A DNA stretch of 64,000 bases, taken from NCBI GenBank assembly GCA_951406725.2, contig OX597822.1, positions 80,538,001 to 80,602,000 of the forward strand, given 5' to 3'. Both the position numbers and the translations under genes were made by a program. Origin of the DNA: Octopus vulgaris. Lineage: Eukaryota. The notes beneath the pieces are model-generated. The model searched no databases. It saw only the letters and a list, made by a program, of their open reading frames with translations, and was not told the origin of the DNA. Below, piece by piece: positions 38,670 to 52,069 of the stretch (position 1 is its first letter; each line of letters opens with the position of its first letter).

Positions 38670-40899
38670 GTATATACATATATATACACATATATATATA
38701 CATATATATATTTGTGTATTTGTGTGTGTTTCTTTTATATATGCAGATGTGTCTCTACGTGACTTTGTGTGTGTGTGTGTGCGTGTGTTTCTGTATTCCT
38801 GAGTGTAAATAATGAAATTTAAAACAAAATTGATGGAAGGAATGTGTGATTATAAAATTTAAGTTGTATATGAATAAACGCAAACAGATGCATGGAAGCG
38901 TGCTGATAAGGAAACACACATCACAGAGTGTGATATGCTTATGCTTTCAGAAATACACTCAGTCACATCTATATATATAAATATATATATACATATACGT
39001 GCGTGGGTGATGCGTGCGTGTGTGTGTGAGTGTGTGCGTACAAATACGTATTACATTGAATATTGGTTGACCTCGTTTCTTTTTTAAACGGTAATCCTAA
39101 CAATGTTCTGTTATTGAAATTATTTCTCGGGAAAATCTCGAAGCAACGTTCGATATTTCAAAAGTAATCAATCGTTCATTAATTGATTGCACTGCTTTAA
39201 TTAATTATCTCATAGTTGCTTCTATTCGTTCATTTTATTCTTCTGTTCTTTCTCTGTGTACCGCCTATTCATTTGTAGTAGCAATAGAATGAAATTCTCA
39301 TTTAAAGTCTCCTATCGATGCGCGTCTTTCATTTACCTAAAACGTCAATGTTTTTAAGGAAAGGTTGTTGACCAAAATAAATCGAATACCAGATTATTAC
39401 TGCATTTAATACTATACATATATATGTTTTAATTCCAAGATATATTTTCTCATTCGTTCGTTCCTATATTCATTTTCACTTACAGCCTATCCTAGATAGT
39501 ATAATTATTTTTCTTGATGTTGTTGTCTTAGCTCAAGTCCAACTTGATTGAGCAGGCGCATGATCAAAGGCAATTAACTTCGGACCATCCCATCGTTCTA
39601 TTTTCTATATCTTTTCAAGTATAAAAATCAGATAAATTCAAAGCAAATTAATATATATGATGGCCTAGGCGGTGAGCCGGCAGAAGCGTTGGTACGCCGG
39701 GCAAAATGCTTAGTGGTATTTCGTTTGTGGGAGTTTGGATTTATTGGTAATTATTATTGGGATGCGTCTGTATAGTAAGTGCAAGTTTTTCTTAACTGCT
39801 TTTGTGTTATTTCCTGTTATAATTATTGTTTCTGTTATAATTATTTGTGTGATAGACTTCGGTCGAAAACTATCGTGTGTTTTCCCCTGTGGGGGAAAAA
39901 TTAATTGCTGGCAAGATGCCTAAAAGTGTAACTTCGTCTGGCGAAGTGTCCTCAACCGACAGGGAGGCAAAAAAGATTGAAAGTTTAATATTTGGCGATA
40001 TTTCGAATTCTTCTGAAAGTGAATTTTCCCAACCATAAATGTGTACTTTTGCAAAGAGGAATATTAATATGAGAAGCCTTCAAGCAGAACAATATAAATA
40101 AAAATGTTTTGCGTCGGCGGCTGGAGGTGGAACCCGCCAGCTGTCGACAAACAAAAATGACCTGATAAAGCACAGAGATATGATAACAATTGAAAACGGT
40201 GTTGTGAAAGTTCAACCCCCGGAAGAACTATTAATGTTAGAAAAAAGAATATATCAAACATGGAAACGGTTGCTTTGTGAACTTATGTGCACTGAGATAC
40301 TGCAATACTGCGTTTTCGTGTTATTCATGAAAATGTATCATCCGCTTTCATCTCTGACTTTCTTTCTAAACACTACCACTTGTTGACCTGCAATCTGCAC
40401 TTCACCAGGCGATCAAATGATTGGTTAGATGATCTATTTTCTCTTTTGATGTTTTTAACCGATCCCTTCTATTCTTCACAGTTGACTAATTAGGTTGCAT
40501 AGCCATTCCACTTTGCATGGTCCGTTACTTTGCCCTCCTTTGCGATTACCAATAAATTCTGCGCTTTCTGTTACGCTTATGGTTTGAAATCCAATCGTTA
40601 CCACGTGCCTTCTTCGTGACTATGTACAAAGTAACCAATCAGATTCGAATTACAAAACCTAATTTCTAAACTTCGGGTAGTAACCTTCTTATGCCATAAC
40701 CTACTGGCAATTTTGTTCTGAGATCGCTTTACGAAACTAATGTCTGACAACGATCAGTGATCAAGACGTTAGAAACACAGTAATGCATCCATAGATATTC
40801 CTGGCTTTAATGGTGTCGCGAAAGGCCTGGCTGGAGTACCAAACTTCTGAGTTCTTCTAAAGGGCTTAAAAATTAAAAGGCAACTGCTATACATGTGTG

Positions 40900-41245
40900 T
40901 AAATCTGGGAGGGGAATTCTGAGACCCCCTTCGGTAATGAATGATCCTGGGGTTGCACCTAGAAAGTTACCTTCCCATGCACAAGTCCGGGCAAGGTTGT
41001 TTATAGAAGACCGACAGTAGCCCATGCATATCAGCCTATCTTCTTCACGCCACCGATGTTATCCAATGGAAAGGCAAAGGGCCCGATACAGCTTGGCACC
41101 TAGGACGTTGCAACTTATTTCTACAGGTGAGTGAACTGGAGCAATGTGAAATAAAGTGTCTTGCTCAAGAACACAACACGCAGCCCGGTCCGGGATTCCA
41201 ATTCACAACCTGTCGATCGTAAGATCGACGCTCTAACCACTGAGA
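40900..41245 (-). mobile_element. tRNA-derived CORE-type SINE
   Basis: Minus strand: CTCAGTGGTTAGAGCGTCG head, then GCGTGTTGTGTTCTTGAGCAAGACACTTTATTTCACATTGCTCCAGTTCACTCA (CORE-like). Confidence 0.8.
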
Positions 41246-41331
41246 ATATATTGGATAAAATCATTATTAACTGATCATCCTGTATTTTCTGTTACCGAAG
41301 TGAGGAACTTTTCAGCACCCTTTCGTGTATG

Positions 41332-41382
<51 letters not shown>

Positions 41383-41478
41383 GTAGTCGATAGATGAGAT
41401 CCAAATATTCTCCGTATAGAAAACACTCCATAGTAACAGCACCAGTAGCAAATATATGTATATATATATATAACCAAA

Positions 41479-41540
<62 letters not shown>

Positions 41541-41627
41541 TCAACAATTGAGGGTAAAATTAATTAATTATTAATCAATTTCACCAAGTATTCAGTATGT
41601 AAAGGGACCATTTTAGGCGAATTCAAA

Positions 41628-41789
41628 ATATTACATTATATATAAGGGCTTAGTAAAATAAATTACTTTGCCACATACTGAACTCATTAGAAATAGCAGC
41701 TAAAGAAATTTCTTTAGCTGCTATTTCTAATGAGTTCAGTATGTGGCAAAGTAATTTATTTTACTAAGCCCTTATATATAATGTAATAT
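41628..41789. repeat. Perfect 162-bp spacerless palindrome
   Basis: 81-bp arms centred at 41708/41709 (TAAAGAAA|TTTCTTTA). Confidence 0.95.
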
Positions 41790-43189
41790 ATATATATATA
41801 TATATATATAATGTATATAGATTTGTGTGAGTGACTTTATGTATGTAAGGTAGAGGGAGAGAGAGATGGAGAGAGAGACAGATAGACAGGCAGACAGACA
41901 CAGAAAATACTATGCCCGAGTACAGGAGTTTAGTAACAAGATTTGAAGCCAAAATAGAATAAAAGAAATATGGCGTAAGTAAAAGAAAATAAGAAAACGC
42001 TTTTTAATAACAAATCAAACAATAAGTTTTCTAACACCTTGATTTACCTTTTTGTAGTTTATTTGTTTATAGATAATGCGATCGCAGATTTAAAAATGTT
42101 TTACACTGCCTAGGAACGTGTCAAAAGTTTTTTTTGCTGAGAGCGAAATGCGTAATCATACTAGTTTTTTAGAAGAGAGATACAAGATCAAAAATGGCCG
42201 AATAAACCAAATGTAAAGATAGTGTCGACATTAAATAAGCTTCAAGCCATTGGTAGCGTACATTACGTAACTGAATCAGGAAACCGGTGTTTGGGATGAT
42301 TAAAATTACAAGAGGTAAATATCATTTTCTTTTCTTCGAGGCTTTCTGGTACAAGACGTAAACTGCCACACAGCTATAAAATCATAAGAAACAAAAAATG
42401 CTATTTTTATATAAACTGTTCATGACGCAAGAATGTTATAACGATAAAGCAGCACGTGTGGATAAACCAGCAACATTGCTTGAAAAATTCAGACATTGCG
42501 CTGAATTTTTCAGTAGCATATTTTTCTCCTATGAAGTAACAATTATCTCATGTAGCGTTTTAATCATCACGCTTGTATAATTTGAAACAGTGAACCCCTC
42601 ATAGAAATAAATGGTAAATGTCACTCGATTTTAGTGTTGTTGTCAGCAAGATTGTACGAACCAATTTTCTTAATGGAAATATTACAGGTGAAAATTACTT
42701 CACCATTTTACAGCACTGCATGTTCCCATAACACTTTAAATGAACTTTGTAAACAATGATAAACACCATGTACGTGGACACTTCAGTTATGTAGCATTCG
42801 ATAGATTTTTTTTTAGAGTTCGGGAGAACTGACTTTGGCAGTAAATTGCAATATTTCTAGATTTTTTAACGAATGCATTTTACTACAGAAAACTTCAAAC
42901 GCTTCAAACTTGAAAGAATTCTATTGACGAAGGTTTGAGCTTGGTAACTCTTCAAATACACCAATTTTCGCGATTGAAATTTTTTAAATAATATTCTTTT
43001 AGGTAAGCTGGATAAAGATGGCGATGTTTCTTTTATCTGTCGACTTCAAAATATAAGCTTGGAAACGAGCATTAGTAGTATTTTATCGGGAATATTAAAA
43101 AGGAAGTTTATAAAATTGGAGTAATGATTCTACAGTTAAATTGCATTGAAACCATTGACAAATCAAATACGTCCTCCAAATAACACAAG

Positions 43190-43470
43190 ACTACATGACC
43201 GATTGGTTAAGATGTTGCTATCACGATCGGGGTACCGCAATTTCAATTCCTGGACCATCAGTTTCGAACAAAACACTTCATCTCATGTTAATCTGCGATC
43301 ACGTCAACACCTGACATCTGTTATACCGTGCACCTCTTCAGATAACGTCGATTTGATGGATGGAGTGAGCTAATGTTCTGTACAAACACTTGGCTGCTAT
43401 AAAACATGTCATTTGTGCAGGCTATTGAACAAGAAATTGCACAACCATTTTTCTTGGACTACGCTAGACT
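43190..43470 (+). mobile_element. CORE-type SINE, family C
   Basis: TGGTTAAGATGTTG..CACGATCG..TTTCAATTCCTGGACC head; similar to 24248-24460 and 46710-46830. Confidence 0.55.
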
Positions 43471-44733
43471 TCCATCATCCTTACTGCTGTGGCATGAAGA
43501 ATTTTATATAAAGTCTTTTTTCGATCCGAGCCAAATACTCTTATCGAATTGATAGCCAATTTAAATCTCCTTAATGTGAAACGCATTTAATAGCTGTTAT
43601 AATATTCGCATACTGATATCACATCTTACGGAAACAAATTGGTTTTATTCCCTTCGATATTCGAGAAATGTGCCTGGCAACTTTTATGCTGTTTGTTCCT
43701 GTATCAGTTATCAAATTACGATCTTTAGTAATAGAGTCTGGAGCATCATTCAAAGCTTTAGGGACTAATTCTGCATTTTGTCTGTTAACAATATCTCTCT
43801 TAATGTTAACATGATCGTAATTGCTTAGCCATTAAAATAGAGTAACGAATAAGTATTACTGACCGAGGGATTGCCCGGTAACTCAAAATTATACGGTTTA
43901 AATATACACTGATTGAACCATTCCATATGAACCACAGTCATTTCAGATGCGAAGGTTTCTTGAAGATCATTTCTCATCATTACTATTTTTTAATGTTTTT
44001 TCGTAACTCTAATTAATTCTGGCCATTCGGAAGTTGCATCACATGTTAATACCAATCTTAAGTTTTCGTTGTAAAATCTAGTTGAACATCTTTAGGGCGG
44101 CATGCATAATATGGTTATAAAGTGATACCGGTTTAATTCGAGCGTATATCGGATGTCATCTTAAAAAGTCGTCTGGATACAGTCTCAAATTTTAACAAAT
44201 TCTTTGTTGCTGTCGAGCCCCAATGTTTGTTATAATTCTCATCTACCAAAATGTCAAATATTTTGGTAAAGCAAGTAATTCATTCTTCATTCCACAAAAT
44301 ACCATCTTGAAATATTAATTGATTTGACCAATGGTTTCAATGCCATTTAAGAGTAGAATCATTACTTCAATTTCATAAACTTCCTTTTTAACATACCCGA
44401 TAAAATATTACTAATGCTCGTTTCCAAGCTTATATTTTGAAGTCGACTGATAAAAGAAACATCGCCATCTTTATCCAACTTATCTAAAACAATATTATCA
44501 AAAAAATTCAATCGCGAAAATTTAACAATGTATATGGCTTAAAGTTCTTTTACATAAGATATTTTATAATCAAATGTAATCATTTGAGAGGCTCGTCTTA
44601 AAATATGAGTACATGTTACTTTTGATGAACCGTTTAGCTGATATCAGCTCAGTTTTAATTACGATTTTGACAATTATCAACAAAAAATAAATGAAATGAC
44701 CAGTCATATTATTTATGGATAAACAATACAATG

Positions 44734-44907
44734 GTACATTATTTATATTATTTACATTTGACGGATATTTGTCCTCATCTTGATTGTTGTTAGCACAACG
44801 TTTCGGCTGCTATACCCCTCCAGCCTTCATCAGGTGTCTTGGGGAAATTTCGAACCTGGGTTCTCATTCCTAAGGTATTTTTCGATGTTGTTGTTGTTTT
44901 TGTTATG

Positions 44908-44954
<47 letters not shown>

Positions 44955-44955
44955 G

Positions 44956-45049
<94 letters not shown>

Positions 45050-45262
45050 TCACTGCCTGGAATCGAACTCGGAATCTTGGGGTTAGTAATCTGCGCTCTT
45101 AACTACTACGCCATATCCCCGTGAGCTACTGACACCTGATGAAGGCTGGAGGGTATATCAGCCGAAACGTTGTGTTAACAACAAACAAGATGAGGACAAA
45201 TATCCGTCAAATGTAAATAATGTAAATAATGTACATAATTCCTCATCTCTTAAATACAGAAC
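44734..45262 (-). mobile_element. tRNA-headed element with hammerhead tail, copy 2, with an inverted tail duplicate
   Basis: tRNA-like head 45046-45120 (A box TGGCGTAGTAGT, B box GAGTTCGATTCC), internal (AAT)n, tail with hammerhead 44792-44838; inverted tail copy 45131-45262. Confidence 0.85.
45131..45176 (+). ncRNA. Minimal type I hammerhead ribozyme motif with canonical core
   Basis: GACAC CUGAUGA A GGCUG-GAGGGUAUAU-CAGCC GAAA CG UU GUGUU; palindromic AACGUU stem III; predicted cleavage after 45171. Confidence 0.72.
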
Positions 45263-45314
45263 AATACCATTGTAATTGTTTAGAGAGTAAGCAAGAGAGA
45301 AAAAATAAGGATAC

Positions 45315-45672
45315 ATTTTTATTCTTTTATTTGTTTCAGTCATTTGCTTCGAGCAAATCGACCCGAAGACTCATTTTTGTAAGCCTAGTACTTATTCCAT
45401 CGGTCTCTTTTGCCAAGCCACTAAGGTACGGGGGCGTAAGCACACCAACATGGGTTGTCAAGCGATGGTGAGGTAACAAAAACACAGACATTCACAAATA
45501 CACACATACAACGGGCTTCTTTCAGTTTCCGTCAACTAGATCCACTCACAAGGCTTTGGTTGTCCCGAGGCTATAGTAGAAGACACTTGCCCAAGGTGCC
45601 ACGTAGACGGACTGAACCTGGAACCATGTGGTTTGTAAGTAAGCTTCTTAACCACACAGCCACTCCTATGCC
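45315..45672 (-). mobile_element. SINE family A
   Basis: Collinear with 23105-23545. Confidence 0.88.
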
Positions 45673-48264
45673 TATGATAGCAGAAAACTGATTGTTGGTG
45701 TAGATTCAGCTGATTTTTATTTAGATCAAGTAGAAAAGCAAGCCCAACAGACCAAATGTTCAAAATTGTTCCTTTCTGTTATCAGCGAGGCAGTATAAGC
45801 TGTATTTTTCGAATGCACCATACAAACGTCAAGATATGTGATTTAATATTGAAGTATTTCATTTTCAGCAATGGTTCATACTTTTGAGAAATAGAGTAGA
45901 GTATGTACGTCTTATTGGACATATTCATGATATTGTGTTTTAATTTCCACCACTTAAGGTCAACTTAATGTCTTTTACGACATCTTAAATTTGAATCACT
46001 GGCTTTGATTCTCTGGGCAGTTTAGTTTACACAAAAGCCTTCTGTTGTTGGACTCGTGAAGAAAATTCGACGCTACGTTCACCGAGTGATTCAGCGGTGT
46101 TTTTTGTCTGAATAATGATTAATCTATTTCCTGTAAAAATGTACAGATCTGAAAACAGATCCTAACTGGGATGCATCCTTGGTTGGTTTTACATCTATAG
46201 TTCTCACTACCAAACGCTGATCTGGTGATATTCATTCTTTGTTTGTCTATATCTGACAAAAAAACAATTTATCAATCACTAACACAAACCCAGTTAGATT
46301 GATCACCATGCCTGATCATTCCACCCTTTTTATGATCTTATCTGCCTTGATATGTACATTTTCAACAGCTTTAGCACCAATACATATATCATCTTGATAA
46401 ATAACATTATGTCACGTGCAACATGTTCATCTGCTCTCTGAAGCATATCAACTACAGTTTGGATTCCTTATCGAAGACATGTTCATGCAAAAGGAAGATC
46501 GATTGGTATATTTATCAGAGTAACTTTTCCTTTTACAAAACACATTTGCATTTAATGATGCGCCGCTTTCAAATCCAGTTTAGTCGAATAATACTTGCTA
46601 GAAAGAGAATAAAATATAGAAAGAGAAAGAAATAACTAGGTGATGTGGAATAAAAATCTAAAAAGAATACTTTCATTTCAACTTTATTTTCGCTGCATCT
46701 GCTATGAAGGCGGGTATTGGTTAAGGTATTGCATTCACTATCTCCAGGTCGTGTGTTCGATTCCTGCAACGGGCAGCGTGTTGTGTCCTTACGCAAAACA
46801 CTTATTTCATGTTGCGTAGTAAAAGGTATATACGTGGACGTTTTAATGAAAAAGGGAAAAGACTGGGAAAAATGTAACCAGTCGACTTCGGGAGTCGAGT
46901 GGGCATTATTCACTCTTTCATATTATCATTCGTTTCTTTTATTTTTCCTTCTTCTTTCATCTCCTTTTTGTAATTTTTAGTTCCCCGACTTTGTGTTATG
47001 TCATGCTTTGTATTGTCCTTGTTTTTGTAAAACGTCAAGCATCTATATTTAGCCTTTTATAGGTAAATAAAGAATCAGACTAAAAAACAACGCCTACCCA
47101 AACAAACTCATGGGTTGGAGGGTTGGAGGGTTGGAGGGTTGTCGCCTGCCACCCTGCCTGCCTGCGTAAGGGCACGGTTGTAATCCGCATAAAGCAGGGT
47201 ATCGCCAACAAATAGTGATGTCGCGACACGCTATTACAGCACTTGCCACCCCCATACTACTGCTACAACACCTTGAAATCTCTGCCTTTCGTAAATCAAG
47301 AAGGGGCCCAGATAATCGTTGCAGCGTAGCTTCTGAAAGATCGCTCATTAATTAGTTTTCCCAGCATGGCTATGATTAATAGTATAATACGTATAGGTTA
47401 ATTTTTCTTGAAAAAATATCGCCTCATATTTTCCTTGAGAAAATGTTAAATTGATATTTTCTGAAATTCTCCAAGATGTTCGATGCCATAAATCTTTATT
47501 GAATTAACAAAACTTACCACGTTCAGATTAAGCACTCCATATATTTTTTTATAATGTAGCAAAAAATTTATATCAGTTTACCTTGATTTGTGGAACTTGC
47601 CACAACATCCAATAACTGACCTATCAAATACTTTTAATCAAAGATTACAATTTTGGAATTGTCATATCACTCCTGAAGTTTTGATGTGTCTACGTTTTGA
47701 GTTGACCATTTTCATAGTGTTAAATATATTTCCTAAATACATACAGAATATTCCTATCCAATTTCTTTAAATTCCTCAGCAATTTTAAAGGTTTACATAC
47801 GACTAATCTGCTTACATTTGAAGCACTCTTTACCACATGCAAGACATTCTAATATTGCCTGAGTATGTTTTACGACAGGTTCAGCCTCAAACTTATTTGA
47901 TCAACATCTCAAGAGTAGTTGCTGTATATTAAATTCGCTGAACTGCTGTTTTGTTATTAAGAAATCTTATCTTAGTCTTATTTATCTCTTTAGCACAGGG
48001 AACTCGTTTCTTCTTTTTTGGATGATAAATACGATCTGGATGACAACAGCATAAATTATTGATTAGATCAGGAGATATTTAGGTATGAATTTTATTTAAA
48101 CATTGGCCTCCGCATACAACAAATAAGAAGGAAAATAGGAAACGTCAAAGCTGCAGAGGCAAGTTAAACTTGACCAAGAGTTCTGTAATCGGAGGGCTTC
48201 CATATTTAAAGCGTAAATCTGTGAAGCGACTGTGGTTGGTATGAGCGATGGTTAGAAATCGGTG

Positions 48265-48465
48265 AACCACTGACCGATGGAAGAAAATGATGAAACAGCA
48301 TTTTTACTGGCTCTGTAAGTTCTAAATTTATATTCCGCTGAGGTCGGCTTTTTCTTTTATCCTTTTCGGGTGGATGAAATATGTACCGTTTGAACACTGA
48401 AGTCGGTGTAATTGATCCACCACCTCCTTTAAAAAAATTGCTACCTTTGTCAAAAATTTGATACC
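48265..48465 (+). mobile_element. SINE family B, old diverged copy
   Basis: TTCCGCTGAGGTCGGCTTTT..ATCCTTTTCGGGTGGATGAAAT.TGTACC..ACACTG. Confidence 0.55.
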
Positions 48466-50517
48466 GATATGAGTGCTGAATATGACACAGCGGTGGCTGT
48501 ATTTGCCTATGAAAAAACGCTAACGAGTATTTAGCCGGAGTATTTTGTAAAACACCTTTTGGTTCATACATTGTTGCAGCCATTACAATATAGGAGAATG
48601 TGCTATAATGTCATTTAGACTGGAAAATATTTCAATGTATTTTCTTGCAGGAAAAGACCCCATTAAGCCTAGAATCATACAGCATACCGCCTCTTTACAA
48701 CGTGTTAATGTTCAGCATGTTCTGTACCAGATATTTTTCACTGAGTAAAACCCGACTGAATAGAACATATGTTTTGAAGCTATAGTCACTACAAGGCTGC
48801 ATTAGATTATTGTCAGTCATCGGCCCCAGCAGAACGAATATTTTACATTAGATATTTAGCCAGATAAAAGAAGAATAAAATGGAGATGGACAAAGTCGTA
48901 TAGCCACCAGAATACGTTTTTTTTTCTACTGAAAGATACAGGTCAAAAGCATATATTCATATCAAGCTACGAACAACAGTTTAACTGATAGTAATGTAGA
49001 CAATGGTACCTCAGTAATATAACAAGATAACTTTAGAATGTTTAAACTTTAGAAATTTAGAGAACATTTAAAAGCACCAATAAACAAAGCCGAGACCAGA
49101 GGATTTCTATTCAAAATAGGCGGCATTCAATCAACCGGAATTGAATGTCTGACAAGTGATTAACCGTGAGTAATTTGCTGAAGAGAGGAAAGAAGTTATC
49201 TGCGCTTAATGCTGTCATTCACCATAACATGACAGTGGCTCATAATAGGTTCATCCGAATAATATCTACTATAGTGGATGATATAAAGGAACCTCTTATA
49301 CACAACTTAATCCCAGTAGAATGACATATGAACAAAATCGAACAGTTACAACAGATTATTACGAAGCTGACGAAGAGTGAAAACAAATATTTGAATACAA
49401 CTGGTTGACGGTGTTGCTGAAAGTTTTCAATTGATGTATTGTAACATTAGTATTACAGCAAAATTTTGCTAAATGGCACGATACTTTCTACTGTACAGCA
49501 TTAAAAGTACTCAAAATCACTAAACATTCTCAGTAGCAAAAATAAGTCCATAGTATGAAAAGAGAAAAAGATTGCTTTGTTTTCATCTACGTGAAGAACA
49601 AAACACTGCCGAAGACGGTACAATAAACCAGGTGACCAATTACTTTCTGCGTATGTAAATTGAAGGAAGGCATTATTTAAGGGTCGTGGACCAAAATCCT
49701 ATGTCAGGGTCGATCCGAATGTTCCTCTACACATAATGTAGATTGAGTTTTGTATGATTAAGCACTTCTCGAACTAGGTGTGTACATACAAATATGGCTA
49801 TATATATATATCACATACATGCATACACATATGCATGCATACATGCATGCAAGTTTGCAAGCATGCATACATATGTAGATACATGCATGCATACATACAT
49901 ATATGCATACATACATGCAAGTATGCATACGTATATACATACATGTATACATAAATACATACATGCATACATATATACATGCATAAATACATGTATACAA
50001 ACATAAAACATGCATAAATAGATATTACATACATACATGCATACATATATGCATACATGCATACATACATACAATACATGCATACACACATACATACAGT
50101 CATACTTACATGATGCGATATATGTCGACTCCTAACATAAGTATGACTGTTGCATACAAGTTATCTTATTTTTGTTGTATTTTTTCCGTGACCCTGCGAT
50201 CTACAACGGCCTTTAAAGTCAATAAACAACTCGAATCTTTTGTTGCAGATGCACCATTCATATTAATGTGGGGCGACTGAGTGCTCAGTTTGTACAGCAC
50301 TTTGATTATATCAATTGCTGTGCCTTGTGAGCCTAGATCACCTGCAAATTTCCCTACCACGTAGATTACATGTATTCAACTTGAGGCTCTTCAGCGTGTT
50401 TGCGTAGTTGATTTCTGGGATCAGTTCTAGAGGGGCGAACTCGCCCCATTCGTCACATGTACATAAATACATGCATGCATACATACACACACACACACAC
50501 ACACATACATACATACA

Positions 50518-50551
<34 letters not shown>

Positions 50552-51414
50552 CATACATACATACATACATACATACATACATACATACATACATACATAC
50601 ATACATACTTACGTTCTAAGTTCAAATATCGCCAACACAACGAAATAAACAATTCGTCCAGAACACTAAAGTTTGTGGCTTCTTTCAATAAAAGCAACCG
50701 ATATAAGTTCTGTAGTATAATTATTACATCACAGTCACTACACTGCCATTTGTCTTGCAAGAAATAGCAACCAAATTTTGCTGAAATTAAGATTATCGTC
50801 TTAAAAAGGGAACACACAGAAATGGGGTATCTGATGTGCATTGATTGAAAATGGGTAAAAAAGATTAGATGGCTACGATGCCTTTGTCCATATGCATGGC
50901 GAACCTTGCCTATTAGGCTAAACAAAACCATTACCAACTAAAAAATTATGAACTAAAACAAAGAGAAAAAGTGCGAAAAAATGAGTCCATTTGAGGTCCC
51001 ACGATTTAATAGAAATATCGATCAATTCAGATCATGTCAGCTTAAACAAAGAAACGAGAAAAATTTAATTTCAGTTTTACAATAATTATGCTAAGATGGG
51101 ATGGTCATGTTTGAAATATATTTGATTAGGGTTGGGAGTAAAAAAATATGAACTCAAAATGAATGTAGAGAAAAAAATGAGAACGCAACAAAAAGAGGGA
51201 AAGTGAAAGAGAGGGAGGAATAGGCAGCGGGAGGAAATGAGAGAGCGGAGCCTTTCGTTAGATTCCCACCAATATTAAAAGAAAAAAAATCTACAGAAAA
51301 ATATATTAATTGCATTAACGGTTAAAGAGAGCGGTGATAAAATCATGAAATTATCCACTAAATGAGAATAGTGTCAACATTATAGACGCGCACACACACA
51401 AGTGTATATGTGTA

Positions 51415-51465
<51 letters not shown>

Positions 51466-51834
51466 TTATGTATACATGCACAAACATACACACAACAAAA
51501 GTCATATATAAATATATACACCACTTAAGCCATTGATGACGTCAGCGTGCTTGTTATAAGGAAATGTCTCCTTTCAGTTTTTTTTCTGCTTCTATTGTAG
51601 CGTGGGATTAATAACAGTTAAGAAACACGGAAGAAGTTGGCAGGGCAAATGTTGCGATTATTATTATTGCTATTATTATTGCAGTTTTGTTTTGGTTACT
51701 ATAACCATTTGTCTAAACCATTCATATAGTTTAAAGAAATACGTTAAGCTGACTTTCTTACAGCACAGAGATTTATTTACATCTTGGGGGAAAACGTGCC
51801 TAAAACCAATTCAACAAATGATATGAGAATTACT

Positions 51835-52040
51835 TTGGCATGGCTGTGTGCAAAGAAAAATTATGCTTCCCGACCACATGGTCCCGGGTTCTGTCCCACG
51901 GTTTGGCGCCTTCGGAAGTGTCTTTTACTGCCTCAGAGCGACTACAGCCTTGTGAGTGGATTTAGTAAACGAAAACTCTGTGTGTGTATGTAATTGTGTG
52001 TGTGTCTGTGCGTGTGTGTGTCTGTGCGTGTGTGTGTCTG
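51835..52040 (+). mobile_element. SINE family A, 5' half
   Basis: GGCATGGCTGTGTG..ACCACATGGTCCCGGGTTCTGTCCC..GCCTTGTGAGTGGATTT. Confidence 0.7.
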
Positions 52041-52069
52041 TGCGTGTGTGTGTGTGAGTGTATGGAGGA

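Larger units (their letters stand above)
42550..48200 (-). mobile_element. Highly decayed, interrupted Ty3/Gypsy LTR-retrotransposon remnant
   Basis: Minus-strand motifs in Gypsy order: gag knuckle ECLACGKECFKCKQIS (~47800-47850), RT VIYQDDICIG (~46375-46405), KPTKDASQL (~46160-46190), integrase DATSEWPE (~44015-44040) and LSYRAIP (~43865-43890). Interrupted by SINEs; no LTRs found. Confidence 0.6.

Noticed and set aside
39725-40440. Possible hAT transposase remnant (minus strand)
   Set aside because: Only one vague motif resemblance (PLCKSTHL); insufficient to call.
45046-45120. tRNA gene (also 3560-3635 and 59450-59512)
   Set aside because: A and B boxes are present but no full cloverleaf or oligo-T terminator could be formed; these are SINE heads.
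48580-49700. Possible decayed LINE RT region (plus strand)
   Set aside because: Hints such as NKA.. and FVFI only; no diagnostic motif could be read with confidence.
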